Shown here: in pieces, positions 24,887 to 38,641 of the stretch
Numbering within the stretch: the first letter of the stretch is position 1
How the letters are laid out: every line of letters begins with the position of its first letter
From: Takakia lepidozioides
Lineage: Eukaryota > Plantae > Bryophyta
Direction: 5' to 3'
NCBI GenBank assembly: GCA_030704615.1
Contig: CM060731.1
Span: 22,692,001 to 22,756,000 of the forward strand
Length of the DNA stretch: 64,000 nucleotides
The notes under the pieces: model-generated
Database searches by the model: none
The model's input: the letters and a program-made list of their open reading frames with translations, nothing else
What the model was told of the DNA's origin: nothing
Made by a program: the position numbers and the translations under genes

Positions 24887-25889
24887 TGTCACGCGGCTTT
24901 TACTCACCCATCCCTTCGCTATCCGAGGCGGAAACTCCAAGATAGAAGAGTTGGAAATCTCTAAGCACTCAGCCCGCTCAGAACAATCAGTCATGACCTA
25001 CAGCTAGTGTATCATGGGGGTGTTTCCTATTTGTTTTCCTTCCCGCATTCATGTTAGCTAGTTACCTTACTGTTGGTAATTAAGTATCAGTTTGCTTCAG
25101 CAATCTATCGGATCCCATCAACTCATCCATTCATTCCACAACTTCACTCAGATCTCTCTACACAGTGTGAGTATGAAGTATGTATCAGATTAATATCTAT
25201 CGAGTATCAGGCTGAAGCCATGGAGTCTCTAATCTGCTCTACATTACAACTCTACTGCTTGCATTCATTAAGCATCAACAGATCGTCCTCCTCCTACTCT
25301 GTGCTCTCCCTCCTTCCGCTCAGAGATGCGCTCTCTCCTCCTTTCCTCCCGTGAAGTCCGAAGTTCCCCCAAGAAGTGATCCCCCGCCTCCCGTCCTTGC
25401 TCCTGGCTTTATCTTCCTACCCGTCCTTCTAACCGTTTCCCTCACTAACCGTCATCCGTGTACTAACATGTTCCATTCGCAGATGTTGTTCCCCACAGTC
25501 GTTCCCTGTCCTACTATCCGTTCCCTATGGTCGTGACAGCTGTGTCAAGCTGTGACTGGCTGTGCGACTGTGTTGGGCTGTGTCGACTGTGTCGAGCTGT
25601 GACTGGCTGTGACGGCTGTGTCTGGCTGTGTCTGGCTGTGTCGGCTGTGTCGGACTGTGACGGGCTGTGTTGGCTGTGATGGGCTGTGTCGGACTGTGAC
25701 GAGCTGTGTTGGCTGTGACGGGCTGTGTCGGACTGTGACGAGCTATGTTGGCTGTGACGGGCTGTGTAACCCCCCCCCTAAGTGCGCTGCTGTCACCCCT
25801 AAGGCTCCTGTTGGTCTTAGTCTGTGCAAAATTAAGGGTACCCCCACAGATCCCGTATAAGTGTCTAAGTCCCAGACAGTCCTCTAACA
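24887..25889 (-). repeat. 5' LTR (1003 bp)
   Basis: TG…CA ends; matches 12637-13639. Confidence 0.96.
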
Positions 25890-25894
25890 ATAAG

Positions 25895-27579
25895 GCAGAG
25901 TTCTCAACATTTAAAGACAAACTGGGGACGGATTACATTCAAAGCAAGTTTAAGATGAACATGGAGACAAAACCACTCACGGCTACTTTTGTTAAGTACG
26001 TCTCCTCCATCAAGAAAGCTTATGAGGATAGAGGGGATGCCATGGCGATTATTTCAGCGAGTTTCAAGTCTCATTACGCTCTCATGGGGGGGGGAACCAA
26101 AATTCGCCGATGCCAAGTCCCGTTTGCGACTCGCACCGAGGAAACGGTTTGACAACATAACGATGGTGTTTGTCAATACAATTTCTGAAGATGACTCTGT
26201 GGTATTTTAGGCCAAGGACTATGTGAACATACTGGAAGCTTTTGTGGCTCAAAAAATGAACACGAGTGCTTTTGTTTTCTTCTTGACGCAATTGTCCTCG
26301 GCCGATCTGGTCTCCTACATCCAAAATGGTCTCGAAAGAACATTGTATCTTGTCCGGCAGGGATTTTATGTTCCAGGGGAGTATGAAAACGTTTACAAAA
26401 ACATCACAAAGACTTTCTCTCGGACTGTCCTGTGCCTGTCCTGTGCCTAGACTATGTTTTTCCGACGACACCTGAGGAGATGCAGAATCTGGACGAGCAC
26501 ATTGCGACAATGCTATTAATCAAGCCAATTCAGCCGATTCTTGAAGGGCCTTTTGGGAAGCCATCAGCTTTTGAAGAAGACTGCAGGACTTATACTCATG
26601 AGCTACAAGGTGACACCTGCGACTATTTGGCCTCCCTGTTTTGTCGAGACGGGATGTCCGCTGTCAACATTTTTGGAGGCGTGATGTTGACGTACGCCCT
26701 TCATGTAAGTGTAAAACCTGTTTGCATTTTAAATACGCTTTTTACATTTTGGTTCGAGCACGTCCTCAGTTTTACTGACTGGGTTTATCTGCAGGCAAGA
26801 AACATTTGAGTGCTTGACATCAACCAACAAAAAAAAAAAATTGCAAAGAAAAAGTTGAAGCGAATTTTAAGAAGCTTCAAATTGAGAATGACAATGTTGC
26901 TGACGAGGTTGACGGTGGAGACGATGATGAGGATGAGGAAGTGGAGGATGAAGATTTGGAAGAAGAAACCATTCAAGGAGATGGAGGACATTCCGAACAC
27001 AGGGAGGAGGACGAGGGGATCGAGGGTGACGAGGGCAACGAGGGCAACGAGGGCCACGAGGGAATCAATGCAGAACCTTGGGAGGCTAGACACCTTGATG
27101 TGATTCAGGACTTCAGAACTCAGTCACTGGATGGACTTGAGAACCTCACGCAAGACGTTGCGGTCCACAAGGTTGTGATTCTTGACGGGAATTCGTCGAG
27201 TTCAAGCAAGAGAACTAAGAGTAATCCTCCTTCACCCTCAAAGGGTGGCGAGGCCAGCGCTATGGAGGTAGGCGGGAATCTTGTTCGGAGTACAAAAGAG
27301 TGGTTCAAACCTGTAGAAGGGGACGAGCCGGCGCCAACGTCCCCGTCTCCCGCTAAAGACAGGGTAGAGAGAGTGAGGACTAAGAGCCCGTGTCCCACAA
27401 AACACAGCGGACACAGAGCGAGGACCAAGAGCCCGTCTCCCGCAAAAGACAGGGGAGACAGAGCAAGGACTAAAAGCCCGTCTCCCGGAAAGGACAGGGG
27501 AGACAGAGGCAGGACTCAAAGCCCAACTGACTCTCACAGTGTCTCCCAACATGTCAATGTGGATGTAGGTAACGAATGA
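25895..27579 (+). pseudogene. 3' half of the ParB-like gene: degenerate N6/N4-methyltransferase-like domain, acidic tract and RTKSPSP repeats
   Basis: In frame with the 5' half across the TSD. YLASLFCRDGMSAVNIFGG…TYALH|ARNI.VLDIN (intron 26705-26794) resembles the LxxxFxxxGxxVxDPFxG…RNxxGxD SAM-binding segment. Confidence 0.5.
27340..27530 (+). repeat. 42-bp coding tandem repeat (about 4.5 copies; RARTKSPSPAKDRG)
   Basis: The period is visible in both the DNA and the 26941-27579 translation. Confidence 0.88.
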
Positions 27580-28103
27580 CACCTCGAGATTTATATATGG
27601 TGTCTTTAAGTATTTTAAATAGAACAAATTGTGTGTATTGCATCTGGTTGTGTTCTGGTTGTGTTTATGTTAATAGCTAATCTGTATTTTGATTTTTGTT
27701 TGGCGTCATATTCCCACCTCCTTCAACTTTACATGTGACTGACGGTTACAAAAACTCATATAGATCCATGAACGGAAATTGGAGGAAATTACACAAACAC
27801 GGACAGAATCCATCGCAACTCAAACAGTGAGGAGGCAGGTGGACTTAACAATCAGGGTCAGCCCCACCTGATCCGGTCATACAAGCAACATCCACTGCAC
27901 AGTCGACGTTGCGAGATGGAGGAAATGAGTCGGAGATGGTCGTTGCTCAGCGTAAAGGAAAAGAGAGCGAGCAGCCACACCAACAAATTCGGAATCTCTC
28001 CCCGAAACGGGAATACACTTCATAACCATCTTAGAAATGTTCTTCTTTGTCATTCTTCTAGTTCTCAAAATGAATTAATTGTTATGTTATTCCACAGGAT
28101 GAT

Positions 28104-28898
28104 ATGATTCACCCTCCAATCGACTATCACCAATCTGTGAACCCACAGGATTGGTATCGCCTCTCTGAGGGACCGAATGGATGTCGACCAGGATACTATG
28201 TCCTGGTTCTTGACGTCGGTTACCTTGGTGAGGTTTACCTCCGAGATGGACCGAGATCCCCTCCCACAACCCATCCTTGTATCTGCGATGAAAAATTCAA
28301 GCTTACAGTCCGACATGGTTTGGACGACTTCTTGAAATGGGTCCTTAAACATTTTAAGGTCTACTTTTGGAAAACTTGACCGTTAGACAATGTCCTGGAT
28401 ATAGGGCTGGCTTTGTTTAGAAGAACATTTCACAAGGTCAGGGAATTCAACAATGAGGACTGCGTGAAGCATAGATAGACTTTCAGTGACGAATGGCCCA
28501 AATATCCGAAAGCACCAATATATCTTAAACGTCTTTACGATATTATCACTGTAGACGACACTGTAGCGTACAGATCAAACACACTTCTCATCGATACTAC
28601 AGAAAATATGTATAAGTCTTACTTGAACCAAAAGTCGATCGGTATCTTCCTTCCAAAATATAAAGCGCTCGTCGACCCATATAAGGACATGTTTCTTCTA
28701 GATGAACTCAAACCGCACCTTGACGAGTTGCGGTTATCCGGAAAAGACGCTGATATATTCAACGTGGAAAAACCCATAGGATGTCGACCGTATAATGACC
28801 AAAAGGTCAAATGCCTCTTGCTATGGGATTTGCAGTGGCAGGTTTATCTTAGAAAACAAAAATTGCCTGACACTTCCTTGGAACAGATTGAAACATAG
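28104..28898 (+). pseudogene. FCP1/NIF (HAD) phosphatase-like domain #1, catalytic motif degenerate
   Basis: VLVLDVGYL…VRHGLDDFLKWVLKHFKVYFW…EDC…IYLKRL…NTLLIDT…LN, with two in-frame stops. Confidence 0.75.
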
Positions 28899-29039
28899 AT
28901 GGCTATTCAAGATTTTCCTGAACCTTGACTGTCCAGTGGACGTTGCTCCCAATGTCAATCCTGTCCATGGTTTATCTTGATTACTACCTAAGTAGATGTA
29001 TGAATTTATGACAGATTGCAGCACTTGTTTCTCTACTTG

Positions 29040-29724
29040 CGAAAGGATTGCGCTTGTTAATTTTTTACCTGAATGGAGTTTTGTGAAAAATCTGAAGCAC
29101 TAGAAGAGCTACAATGTCCCCTGGATGTCAGAGACAGACTACATGATACCAGCTCTTGTTGGATTTCGACTTGTCTATAGGCAGGAAAAATATCGCGAGA
29201 TGTGGACAGAGTTGAACAAACATTTCTGTGTAGAAATATGGAGCTGCATGATGTACAAGAACTTGCAGTCTGTCCTGGATTTTATGCTTCAGGGTCTTCC
29301 TCAGCCGACATTCATTATGTCTCAAGAAGATTGTATCTCCCGTTCTACTTCTGTCCACCCTCAATTCATATCAGGATACGACCCACCGAGTCTGTTATTG
29401 AAGCCATTGATGACTGTCTGGCAAAGATTTGGTGGTTAGTACAACAAGAGTAACACTCTACTCGTTGACGATTCTGCTATTAAATGTGTGTTGAACCCGC
29501 TTGAATCATGTCTGATTCTAAATCGTTTGAATCCGTTGAGACGGATTCTTGCTATCTCTTTGCTTGAAATGAAGAAATCTCGCACCGTTTCCAGTTATCT
29601 CAGAGAAAAGAGGATAGGACTTAAGCCTTATCATAACGTTTCCACCGATCCCAAGTTTAAGCCTCTCTTGGATTATATTGACGATTCTAATTACCAGAAT
29701 CTCCGATATGATGCTTCAAAATAA
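29040..29724 (+). pseudogene. FCP1/NIF-like domain #2, no recognisable motif I
   Basis: KHFCVEIWS…FIMSQEDC…LLKPLMTVW…NTLLVDDSAIKCVLNP. Confidence 0.75.
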
Positions 29725-31769
29725 AGATTTCATTGATCAACCACGTCTATGTTGCAATCTCAATTTTTGGTTGGTTTTTCTCTAGGTTGCATTGTATTTG
29801 TATGAGCACTGTTGTCTATTGTGCTTTCCATTTCAATTTGAATTGACATGGAATTGTTTGCTATCTCTTAGTCTCATACTTGCGTTTCTCCATCCTATAC
29901 ATCCCCGATCCTCTGGGATACAAGCCTTCTTTGAAACTCGTCTCGGGGGATTTTTCAAATCCGACAACCTCCACTGTTCAGTGGAGGTTATCTTTTGTCT
30001 GTACAATGACCATGTAAGTTCATTTGGGCAGGTTCGTGGAGATGCTTCTGATGCCAACTTCTCGTCGGAACCTCCATTGGAATCCTCCATATCAGAAATC
30101 CGTTGACAGAGGGACAACATTTACAGTACTGTTGAGATTTCTATCATCGACGGTGAAGCATCATCCAGGCACTTGGCTTCCCTTCAATTGCATGACCTCT
30201 GCTTCAGTCCATTCCTGAAAAGGATGTTCCGTCGCAGGATTGTTTAGGATTGAATGTCGAAGGTGGAAGCCAACATGACAAATGTGTAGGGGATTGCGTT
30301 GACCTCACTTTACAATTCTCACCCTTCTTTTTAAGTGTCAAGGGTCTGAAATCTACCTCGAGAATGTCAGCCATTGAGGACGCGGCTGAGGCTGCGGCTC
30401 TACAGCACATTGTTGCCTCTCTTCCCTCCTTCTCTCCCCAGCATGAGGGTTGGACAACCCAAATCAAAAGGAGTAAGGTGACATTACTTATATCTGAATT
30501 CTTACTCGTCTTTTTGTTTTCCTTAGTACTGGGTCTGATGTTCTTGTTTTACTCCAGGCCAGAAAATCTACGGATTATGGCCTTCCTGTCAAACGACGTC
30601 TTCATTGGAATTCTGTTTCGAAGTAATCCCTTCATTATGTGTGCATTCCATTTAGGATGTGGAGTGCTCAAGGGACAATTTCCATTCCGTTCTCCTTCTC
30701 CGCATCCATTTTCCTTCTCCGCATCCATTTGGACAAGGACAAAGACGAAACAATTGCAGTTTCTCGGCTTCGCGACCCTGCAGTGTTGGCGCAATGTTCT
30801 GCACCAAGGAAGCAGCATAAAGCCCCCAAACCATTTCTATCTCTTATACAAATCGGTTTCACCGGAGAGAAGTCTGTCTTCAGAGACAAAGCAAAATCGA
30901 GGAAGAAAAGTTATACCTCGGACATACCGGGGTCTCATCAAAACACGTCCGTTGGGATCCCAGGTCCGCCAGCGAGACTTTCCAATAAGGCGACATCAGT
31001 ATTATTCGATATCATTTTTCCACTTTCTTCTCCTTTGTGTTCGTTTGGTTCTGCACTAATTAACTCAATCTTTTTTCAAGAGGCGGGGATGCTGCACGAT
31101 ACCTTCATCAATTTCCCTCCGTACAAGATATTTTCTTGAACCTCCACTTGGCAGTCGACGTTCCTCTTCTTTGCAATATTTACCCTCATTTCGAAACATT
31201 CCAAGCCCGCAACACGTACAGGTTTTGGCCACTTTTTGCACGTTCGTGTTGATCTTCCATACACTCAATCATTATGGGTCATGGGTATTTTCATGGCAGA
31301 AACACTATACTACAAGAGATGAGCGTTTTTAGGACTACGGGTTTGGCGGAGTCATAAAAACTGCACGGTACATGACTACAGAGCGCTGAAATGCATTACA
31401 GTTTTAGTTTTATGACTTTGTAGTAATGGATATCACTACATGACTCCGGAAAGTTAGGGAGCATTGGTCAAACATTGTTGACCATGATGACAGGGATGGT
31501 TTATATGACTAGTGTGATATGTTTGACTACACGTGGACGACGTTTCATGGAATCTTATGACTCCATGACTGAAGATGGTTTCAGAGCTCTATTTATACGA
31601 CTACATCACTACACGTGTCATTTTGAAGGCACATATAATGCAAATAAGGTTGCCCATTAGGTTTAAAAAAGTTAAAATTTTTGCTAATAAGGTTGCCCAT
31701 TAGTGTAATCGTGAACAGAAAGGAGGGCTGGGACTTGGCGTCTTTTTGTCTCCTGCGCCACACCACATA

Positions 31770-33850
31770 GCTGAGGGATGGAACGCGATGATAGCAGGAT
31801 ATGCAGGGGCGTGGGATGGAGGCGTTGAGCAAATGATGCACGAAGGAGAAGAGGAGGAGGAGACGAGACGAGACAAGCGAGCTCGCCGTTCTTGGGAGAG
31901 TCAGCTTGGTCTTAGCAAGCGTGTTTCAATCTCTGACTACTCATCTACGCCGTAGTGGTTCGATCTGACAGACCAATCCGACATTACCTGACTACAGACA
32001 CAAGCAGCACACACAAGAGGTCATCGGTCAAATCCTCCATGGGTCAGGACAGGTCAAGGACAATGTGGTAGGGCACCTTCTTCTTCAACCTATTTCAGCC
32101 TGTGTTGCCCTCTCATCAGACTCGGCCGCAAGATGCATATTGAATTCTGTAAGTTAGGTCGTTGGGTACATCTGTGGTGGTTTGGAGTGACTTTGGCAAG
32201 TTACTGCCAGTGTGGCAGCAGGGAAGTATCCAAAAACATATAATAGAGGTGAGGAGAAGCTTTGGGGTGAACACTTTCCGACCCCAATGGTGGGACAATG
32301 GAGACAAAAAGGCGAATGCCTGTTGGACTACAGAGAGAAGCAGATGCATTTCAGATTGTGATAAGTAGGGTGGGGGTGTTTTGGGGAAGAACTCCACACC
32401 AGTATGGTTGGGGTGTTTGCTGGTAGAATTGTAGGCTGTCAGAGGCATGGATAGCTGAAGGAGCAGGGATAGAGTGTGGGTCCACATTCATCCAAGAGGG
32501 CTGGATTTCAAGCTCCACATTACCTATGATTCCCTGTGGAAGGATAGGTACAAGAAACCTACATGGGTAGATGGTCAACTGGAAGCGGCATGCTGTACTA
32601 TATGTCATTACTGTACTATATGTCATTCCAGAGACTGTCATTGTTGGTCCATGTGTTTTACAACAATGCTATCAATATAAGACTCCTGGTTCGCATTGGA
32701 AGCTCAATCCCTGCAAGTTCATTGTGTGTGAAGCTCAAACTTGCGATTTGAAGGATCTTGTAGCCAAGTTCATTCAACCGGAAAGGAGAAATTCTGAAAG
32801 CTCCCAAATTTGATGTGGGCAAGCTTATGGAGGTAAGACTTAGCTTCCCTCCTCTAATGTAAGTGTTGGATAAGTTTCATTTAGTGTCGACCTTCACTGC
32901 ATATATTGGCTCTTTTCTTGGCTGGTTTCATATTTCTTGGCTGGTATGCTGTTGGTTGGCTTCTTTCATTTCACGTGTGTAGTGGAAGGGGAGAAGTACT
33001 TTCCTAAGTTCTGCTGCAACAATGTCTTTTTCCAGCCTAGATGTTTTCGATGGATACAAATTGAAGTGCTTTGAATGTTGCTGCAATACTATAATAAAGT
33101 GGAGGGTGCTGAATGCAGTTGGCCTTGCTTCGTGCAGGCATAATCCAGGGAAATGTGGACATAGCTGAAACCCCATGATAGCATTTCCAGAGGACGGTGT
33201 GGATGGCCTCACAATCCAGCATGCAAAATCCATGACAATGTGGAGCTGGCTGAATGGGCAAACAGGTTAAGTGGCGAACAAGCCACGTCACTGGTACATA
33301 GTTGCATGCTTACATAGTACATGAAAGCGTACTATATGTCATTCCCAAATTGACCATGTTGGTCCATGTATTTTACAACAATGCTATCAATAAAAGACCA
33401 ATGGTTCGCATTGGAAACTCTATCCCCGTAAGTGGCTTGTGCGTGATGCTCAAACTTGTGATTTGAAGGATCTTATACCCCAGTTCATTGCAGAGGTCAT
33501 TGGAAAAGACATTGAGAAGGCAACAGCCGTTATCTATAATCTACAGATCCCCTTCAATTTGATGTGGGAAAGCCGGCTGGCTGGAGGTCTAGTCTCACTT
33601 TCACTCATCTAATGTCAGTGTTGTATCCATTGCAATGTGGAGATGTTTGAAACAACATTGGAGCATTTCCAGAGGATGGTCTGGATGGCCTTTCGTGGCG
33701 TGTGCCGAATCCATGGCAAGAAAACATTGCAGGCAGAACCCATGGCAATGGTACCAGCACGGGTTGGTCCAAAGCCAATTGCAACAACAAATGAATAAAG
33801 GGTGCTGAAAGGAAAGCACTCCATAATTGATCATAAAATCCAGTGTCCAA
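31770..33850 (+). pseudogene. Captured host fragments inside the CACTA: PPR motif pieces, PPR E-domain pieces and OSB-type PDF motifs
   Basis: WNAMIAGYA; PQWWDNGDKK…HPRGLDFKLHITYDSLW; LALLRAGIIQGNVDIAE, ACKIHDNVELAEWA, VWMAFRGVCRIHG. 31888-32590 is homologous to 55403-56130. Confidence 0.8.
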
Positions 33851-33949
33851 GCATGATATCTTAATGGGAATGCGAAGGGAGTGTTACCACCTTAAACTAT
33901 CATGCATGGTCTATAACTGGAGTGCACAAATCGCGCATATCTAATCTTC

Positions 33950-36900
33950 ATCATCCTCATCTATGTCTGGGTCACTACAATGTATCACTGTCTTCATCAC
34001 AGACTTCATCTTTTCCAAGGGTTGGCTGAACATCATCACCACGTATACGGGGTGCTCGGAGGTACAAGGAGGCCACCTGCTCTGGAGTCCGGTACCATCC
34101 GCCGGCTGCATGTTGGGCCATCAGTAACCACAGTCTCCTCTAGTCTTTGTGGGGCTAACAATCCTTCCACTTCCACATCAATTGATATGTCGTCAGACCA
34201 CTCTACGTGCTCGGGGGCTCTTCTCCAGGACGACTTTCCACCCCGGCTCCTTCACACAATCAGAAAAAACACTTGATCAACCTGGCCAGAAAACACAAAA
34301 GGTTGCTCAGAAGGTGGAAGCATACGGTTAAAATTGACAAGTGTGAAGCCAGCATCATCCTGCTTCATTGACATAGGTTGACGACGACCCACGCGACTCG
34401 CCCGTACCCACGAACACAAAAACACTATAGGCTGTGTTTGGCCATAGTCAATTTGCAAAATCTCCCTTATAAGACCCACATATCTTGTAGGTTCCTCCAT
34501 GTCATTGCCTGAATTGTTGGTAATGGGCTGGTGCTGGAAAACAGATGAGACTCCACAATCAAAAGACACCATACTTGTTGTGTTCATGCCGGGGGATGTA
34601 ACCCTGTAATGGTTACCATACGCTGTCATACTCTTGAATGACAGGGCAGTAAATGATGGAGGCCTTAAAAGATCCAGTAATTCCTCACGTGTTGTAGGAT
34701 CAAGCCCATCTGATTGAATTGAGAGATGATCCCGTACACCTTGAGGGAGCCAAACAGCAAATGGAGGACAAGGATGCAAATCAGGAGGGTACTGAATTGC
34801 CGTGGGATTGCTCATGCCTTCCAGCCCTTGCTCCTCACGAAACAAGCGTCGTCTGGCTTCTATCCGTGTGGACTCTGCTTCATATATCCTGTCACAATCC
34901 GAGGGTCAGCCAGGAGATTGACAGAGGTGGCGTGGGAGATTTGAAAAGACGCCATATGCCAACTAATGATAAATGACTAAAACTTGGAAATCTGAATGTC
35001 AATGAAGTAGATTTCTTACCCCAACATGACTGATAGACGAGGATGGTTCTGAATGATGTACTCATGTACAATATCACACAGGTCATTCAATTTTCGGGCT
35101 TTAGAACTTCCTTCCACAACTTCACGTTCCACAGATTTGCCTCATCTGCATCCCACACCCTTCGTACACTTCCATCAAATCCTGCCATATACTCTGCAAA
35201 AACCCAATGCTTCTTCAAATTGGTATCCTTCTGCCATGCTCCCTCGGGCCTTGCCATGTTTCTTACGTAGCCCTTCATATCTTTCATTGCCCGCTCCATG
35301 GGGTACATCCAACGAGATGCTACGGGCCCGCATAAGTACAACTCATCCACTAGGTGAACAACCAGATGTGTCATCACATCAAAAAATGATGGTGGGAAAC
35401 TCCTTCTCTATAAGACACAGAGTGAGAACTGCTTCAGTCTCAATTCCTCATACTCTACAGGATTCACCACTTTTGCACACAACTTCTTAAATACACGACA
35501 TACTCGCAAAATGGCCCTTCGAGGACCACTTGGCATGAGCCCACGGATAGCAAGCGGTATAATTTGCTGCATGAGCACATGATAGTCATGTGATTTCATG
35601 CCTGACAACTTCTTCTTCACCACATGCTTTTTGAAAGCTGATGCGTAGCTTGTTGGCACTTTCAAGTTCTGCACAATCTCCAGAAAGACTTGTAACTCAG
35701 CCTCAGTGAGGACATAAGGGGCAGGAGGCATAATTAACGTATCTGCTCTGTCAGGATCACGTTGTAGCCACAATTCCGGGCGCATCCCAAGTAGCTCCAA
35801 ATCACGGCGAACTTTCAATGTGTCTTTCTCACCAAAGATAGTTTTAATAATATTTTCAGCCAAGTTCTTCTCGCAATGCATTGCGTCAAACGTGTGGCGG
35901 ATGAGGAGACCCTACAAAATGAACACATAAGCAATTGAGCATTTACTCATCACAATTTAAACAGAAAACGCAAAAATGTACACAGCCAATTTAAAGGCCA
36001 TGAAGGAATTACCTCCCAATAAGGTAAGACATATAAAATTGACAATCGCTTAACTCCATGAGTTTTTGCTGGGTCTGTCCTGCTATCTGGCGTCCCTCCG
36101 TTTCCACCCATGCAGTGCGAGCTGTTGCAAGGTCCTTGATTTGTGTTCCAGTCTGCGTTTTGGAGGAGTTCCATGCTCAGTAGCGCCATTGAACATTCTT
36201 GACCTTCTATATAGATGATTGCGGGCCCAAAATCTTCGGTGGCCTAGGAAAACAATTTTTCCACATGTGTGTAACTGCTGTGAAGTCACCCCAGGTCCAC
36301 AAGCTGGACAACCAGCATAACCTTTCGTCACTTGACCTGAGAGCAAGCCATATGCAGGGTAGTCATGGATTGACCACATCAACACTGCCCTCAGTGTGAA
36401 TTCGCGTTGACCACGAGGACGGGAAACATCATGAGCTGCAATCCCTCTCCATAGTTCCAATAGCTCTTCCACTAGGGGCATCAGGTAAACATCTACGTTG
36501 TCCGAGGTAACAGACTCCTTACCAGGAATCAGTAGCGCTAACATGACAAAGAACTTTTTGGTCATTAACCACGGAGGCAGATTGTAATTGACCAAGAGAA
36601 CGGGCCATGTGCTCCAACTTGTGGATTGAGCTCCGTAGGGATTTACACCGTCTAAGGCCAATCCAAATCGCAGAGATCGTGGCTCTGCAGCAAAATCCGC
36701 AAATGTGGTGTCAATGTGTCTCCATGCTTTGCTATCAGCTGGATGTCGAACCAACCCATCCTGGCTCTTATGTCTGTCGTGCCATGTCATGAGGTTAGCG
36801 ATCGATTTACATCGGTACATACGTTTCAACCTTGGAATGACAGGGAAGTGTCGCAATACTTTCTTGGGCACACTTCCACGACCTGGAATGTAACGGGAAC

Positions 36901-38081
36901 TGCGGCACACTGGGCAAATGTCTACATTCTCATACTCCCCACGGAAGAGTACACAACCACGCTCACAGGCATGAATCATCGTGTACTGCAATCTCATCTT
37001 GGCAATCATGGTTTTTGCTTCATAGTGAGTTTTCGGCAATGAATTCTCTTTAGGCAAAAAACTCTTACGCAACAATCCCAGAAGCTCATCCACAAATGCA
37101 TTGGTGCACTTGTGGGTAGTGCATGCGTTCAGCAACGTCAAAGTTGCTTGCAGCCGGCTGATGGAGCACCCTTCAAAAAGTGGACATTGCGACGCTCGGA
37201 AGAGTTTATCATACTCGGGATCAACGTGCAGGTGAGCATTCTCATCAAATTCATTGTCTCCGGAATCGTCGAGATCATCGTCATGATCGGCAAATGTGTG
37301 ATCGGTTCCACCATGAATGGGGTCCTCTCTGTTTGCATCTGCAAAGAGAAACGCTTCCTGCAATGCACGCTGCATTTCTACCTCCAATCCACCACTCTCA
37401 TCTGCGTTCTCTGTGACATTGGGCTCCCGCTGTGCCGCAGGGCCTTCGTCTTCATCATCTGAATATTCACATCCCTGCATCCCAATAGTCATCTTGTGAG
37501 TGGACCAACAACGATGTGACACTTGTTCATATTATGACATAGGAGGCACGGTGACGTTGCAGTGATGCAGTCATATTTACGTATGTATCTTATGAATATA
37601 CACCCAATCAAAACACGACATTTGTAACCATTGAAGTCATAGTTGCAGTCACTTACTTAGTCATATATGACTACATGACTACACATGACCAATGAAAACA
37701 CGACATGTGCATTAATTAAAGTGATAACGGAAGTGGCGTAGTCATACTCACGTCTGTATCTTATGACTTCTTGACTACAATCACCCAACGAAATGTCGAC
37801 ATGTGGAGAAGAGGATCGTTGCATTCAAAATTCAAACTAAAGTGCTGAAGGGAAAGTGACGATCTTACCGGAAGAGAACAGCGTTGGAGAAGAGGATCCC
37901 TCCCGTGTATCATGTAATGATTCCTCACTGTTTCCAACAAGAGTACTTTTCCTCCATGACACTCATCGCAGTTGCATAGCATTTTTGTATGCCCATTCCT
38001 TGTGGCATAAGCTTCTTTCATTCGCCATAGACGGTCATCTATTCTACGCCTACGCATCCGTTCGCCACCTGCACTGTACAT
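33950..38081 (-). pseudogene. CACTA TnpD/Tnp2 transposase (Transposase_21, DUF4218, DUF4216)
   Basis: IHACERGCVLF…CPVC…HPADSKAW…LDGVNP…STWPV…YNLPPW…HDYPAY; MHCEKN; MKSHDYH; WMYPMER. Contains frameshifts. Confidence 0.93.
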
Positions 38082-38641
38082 GCTTTGAACGTCACCCCTT
38101 CCCTCTTTGCATGCTACGCACAGTGCATTGTCTCTAGTTTTGCACCAGCTGCCAATGTGCTATTTCTATATCTATAGTATACTATAAGTATCGTTTCTGA
38201 GTGTCCATGGTGAAGCGGAAGGTCTTCGAAGTGACAGTCCTTCTCACTGAGTACGAGAAGTTCCGAGAGCGCCGGATTGCTGCCATAAAGGAGGTGGAAG
38301 CAACGTTCAAGCAGTCGATAGATGGGTGAGTTTAGTTCCTGACTTTGGATACCCACCCACTAAACTTGCGATTTGCCTTATCCTCTAACCTTCCTACAGC
38401 GATCATAAGCTTCATAGCACAAATGGGGGCGAGTAGCTGCGACTTGTACAAACAGAGAGGCAAACAACATGCAGTGAGTGACGATTAGGTTTGAGGAGGG
38501 TGTGTCATTAGGCGGGAGATGTCCGCCGTCATTCGTGGGCAGGCATTACGTCCTGGTAGGGTGCGGCTGTGGTTCAGCGTAGGCTTAAGAGTATTAGGGT
38601 ATGTATGCTTACATTTGTTTGTTGATTGTTTGAGGGAGGTC

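Larger units (their letters stand above)
12637..25889 (-). mobile_element. Full-length Ty3/Gypsy LTR retrotransposon (non-chromovirus, Athila/Phygy-like), 13.25 kb
   Basis: TG…CA LTRs, 5-bp TSD ATAAG (12632-12636 and 25890-25894), PBS, PPT, and gag-PR-RT-RH-INT order. Confidence 0.97.

Noticed and set aside
30250-31139. Overlapping ORFs of 269 and 166 aa
   Set aside because: No recognisable motif. It may be another decayed accessory gene, but that cannot be supported.
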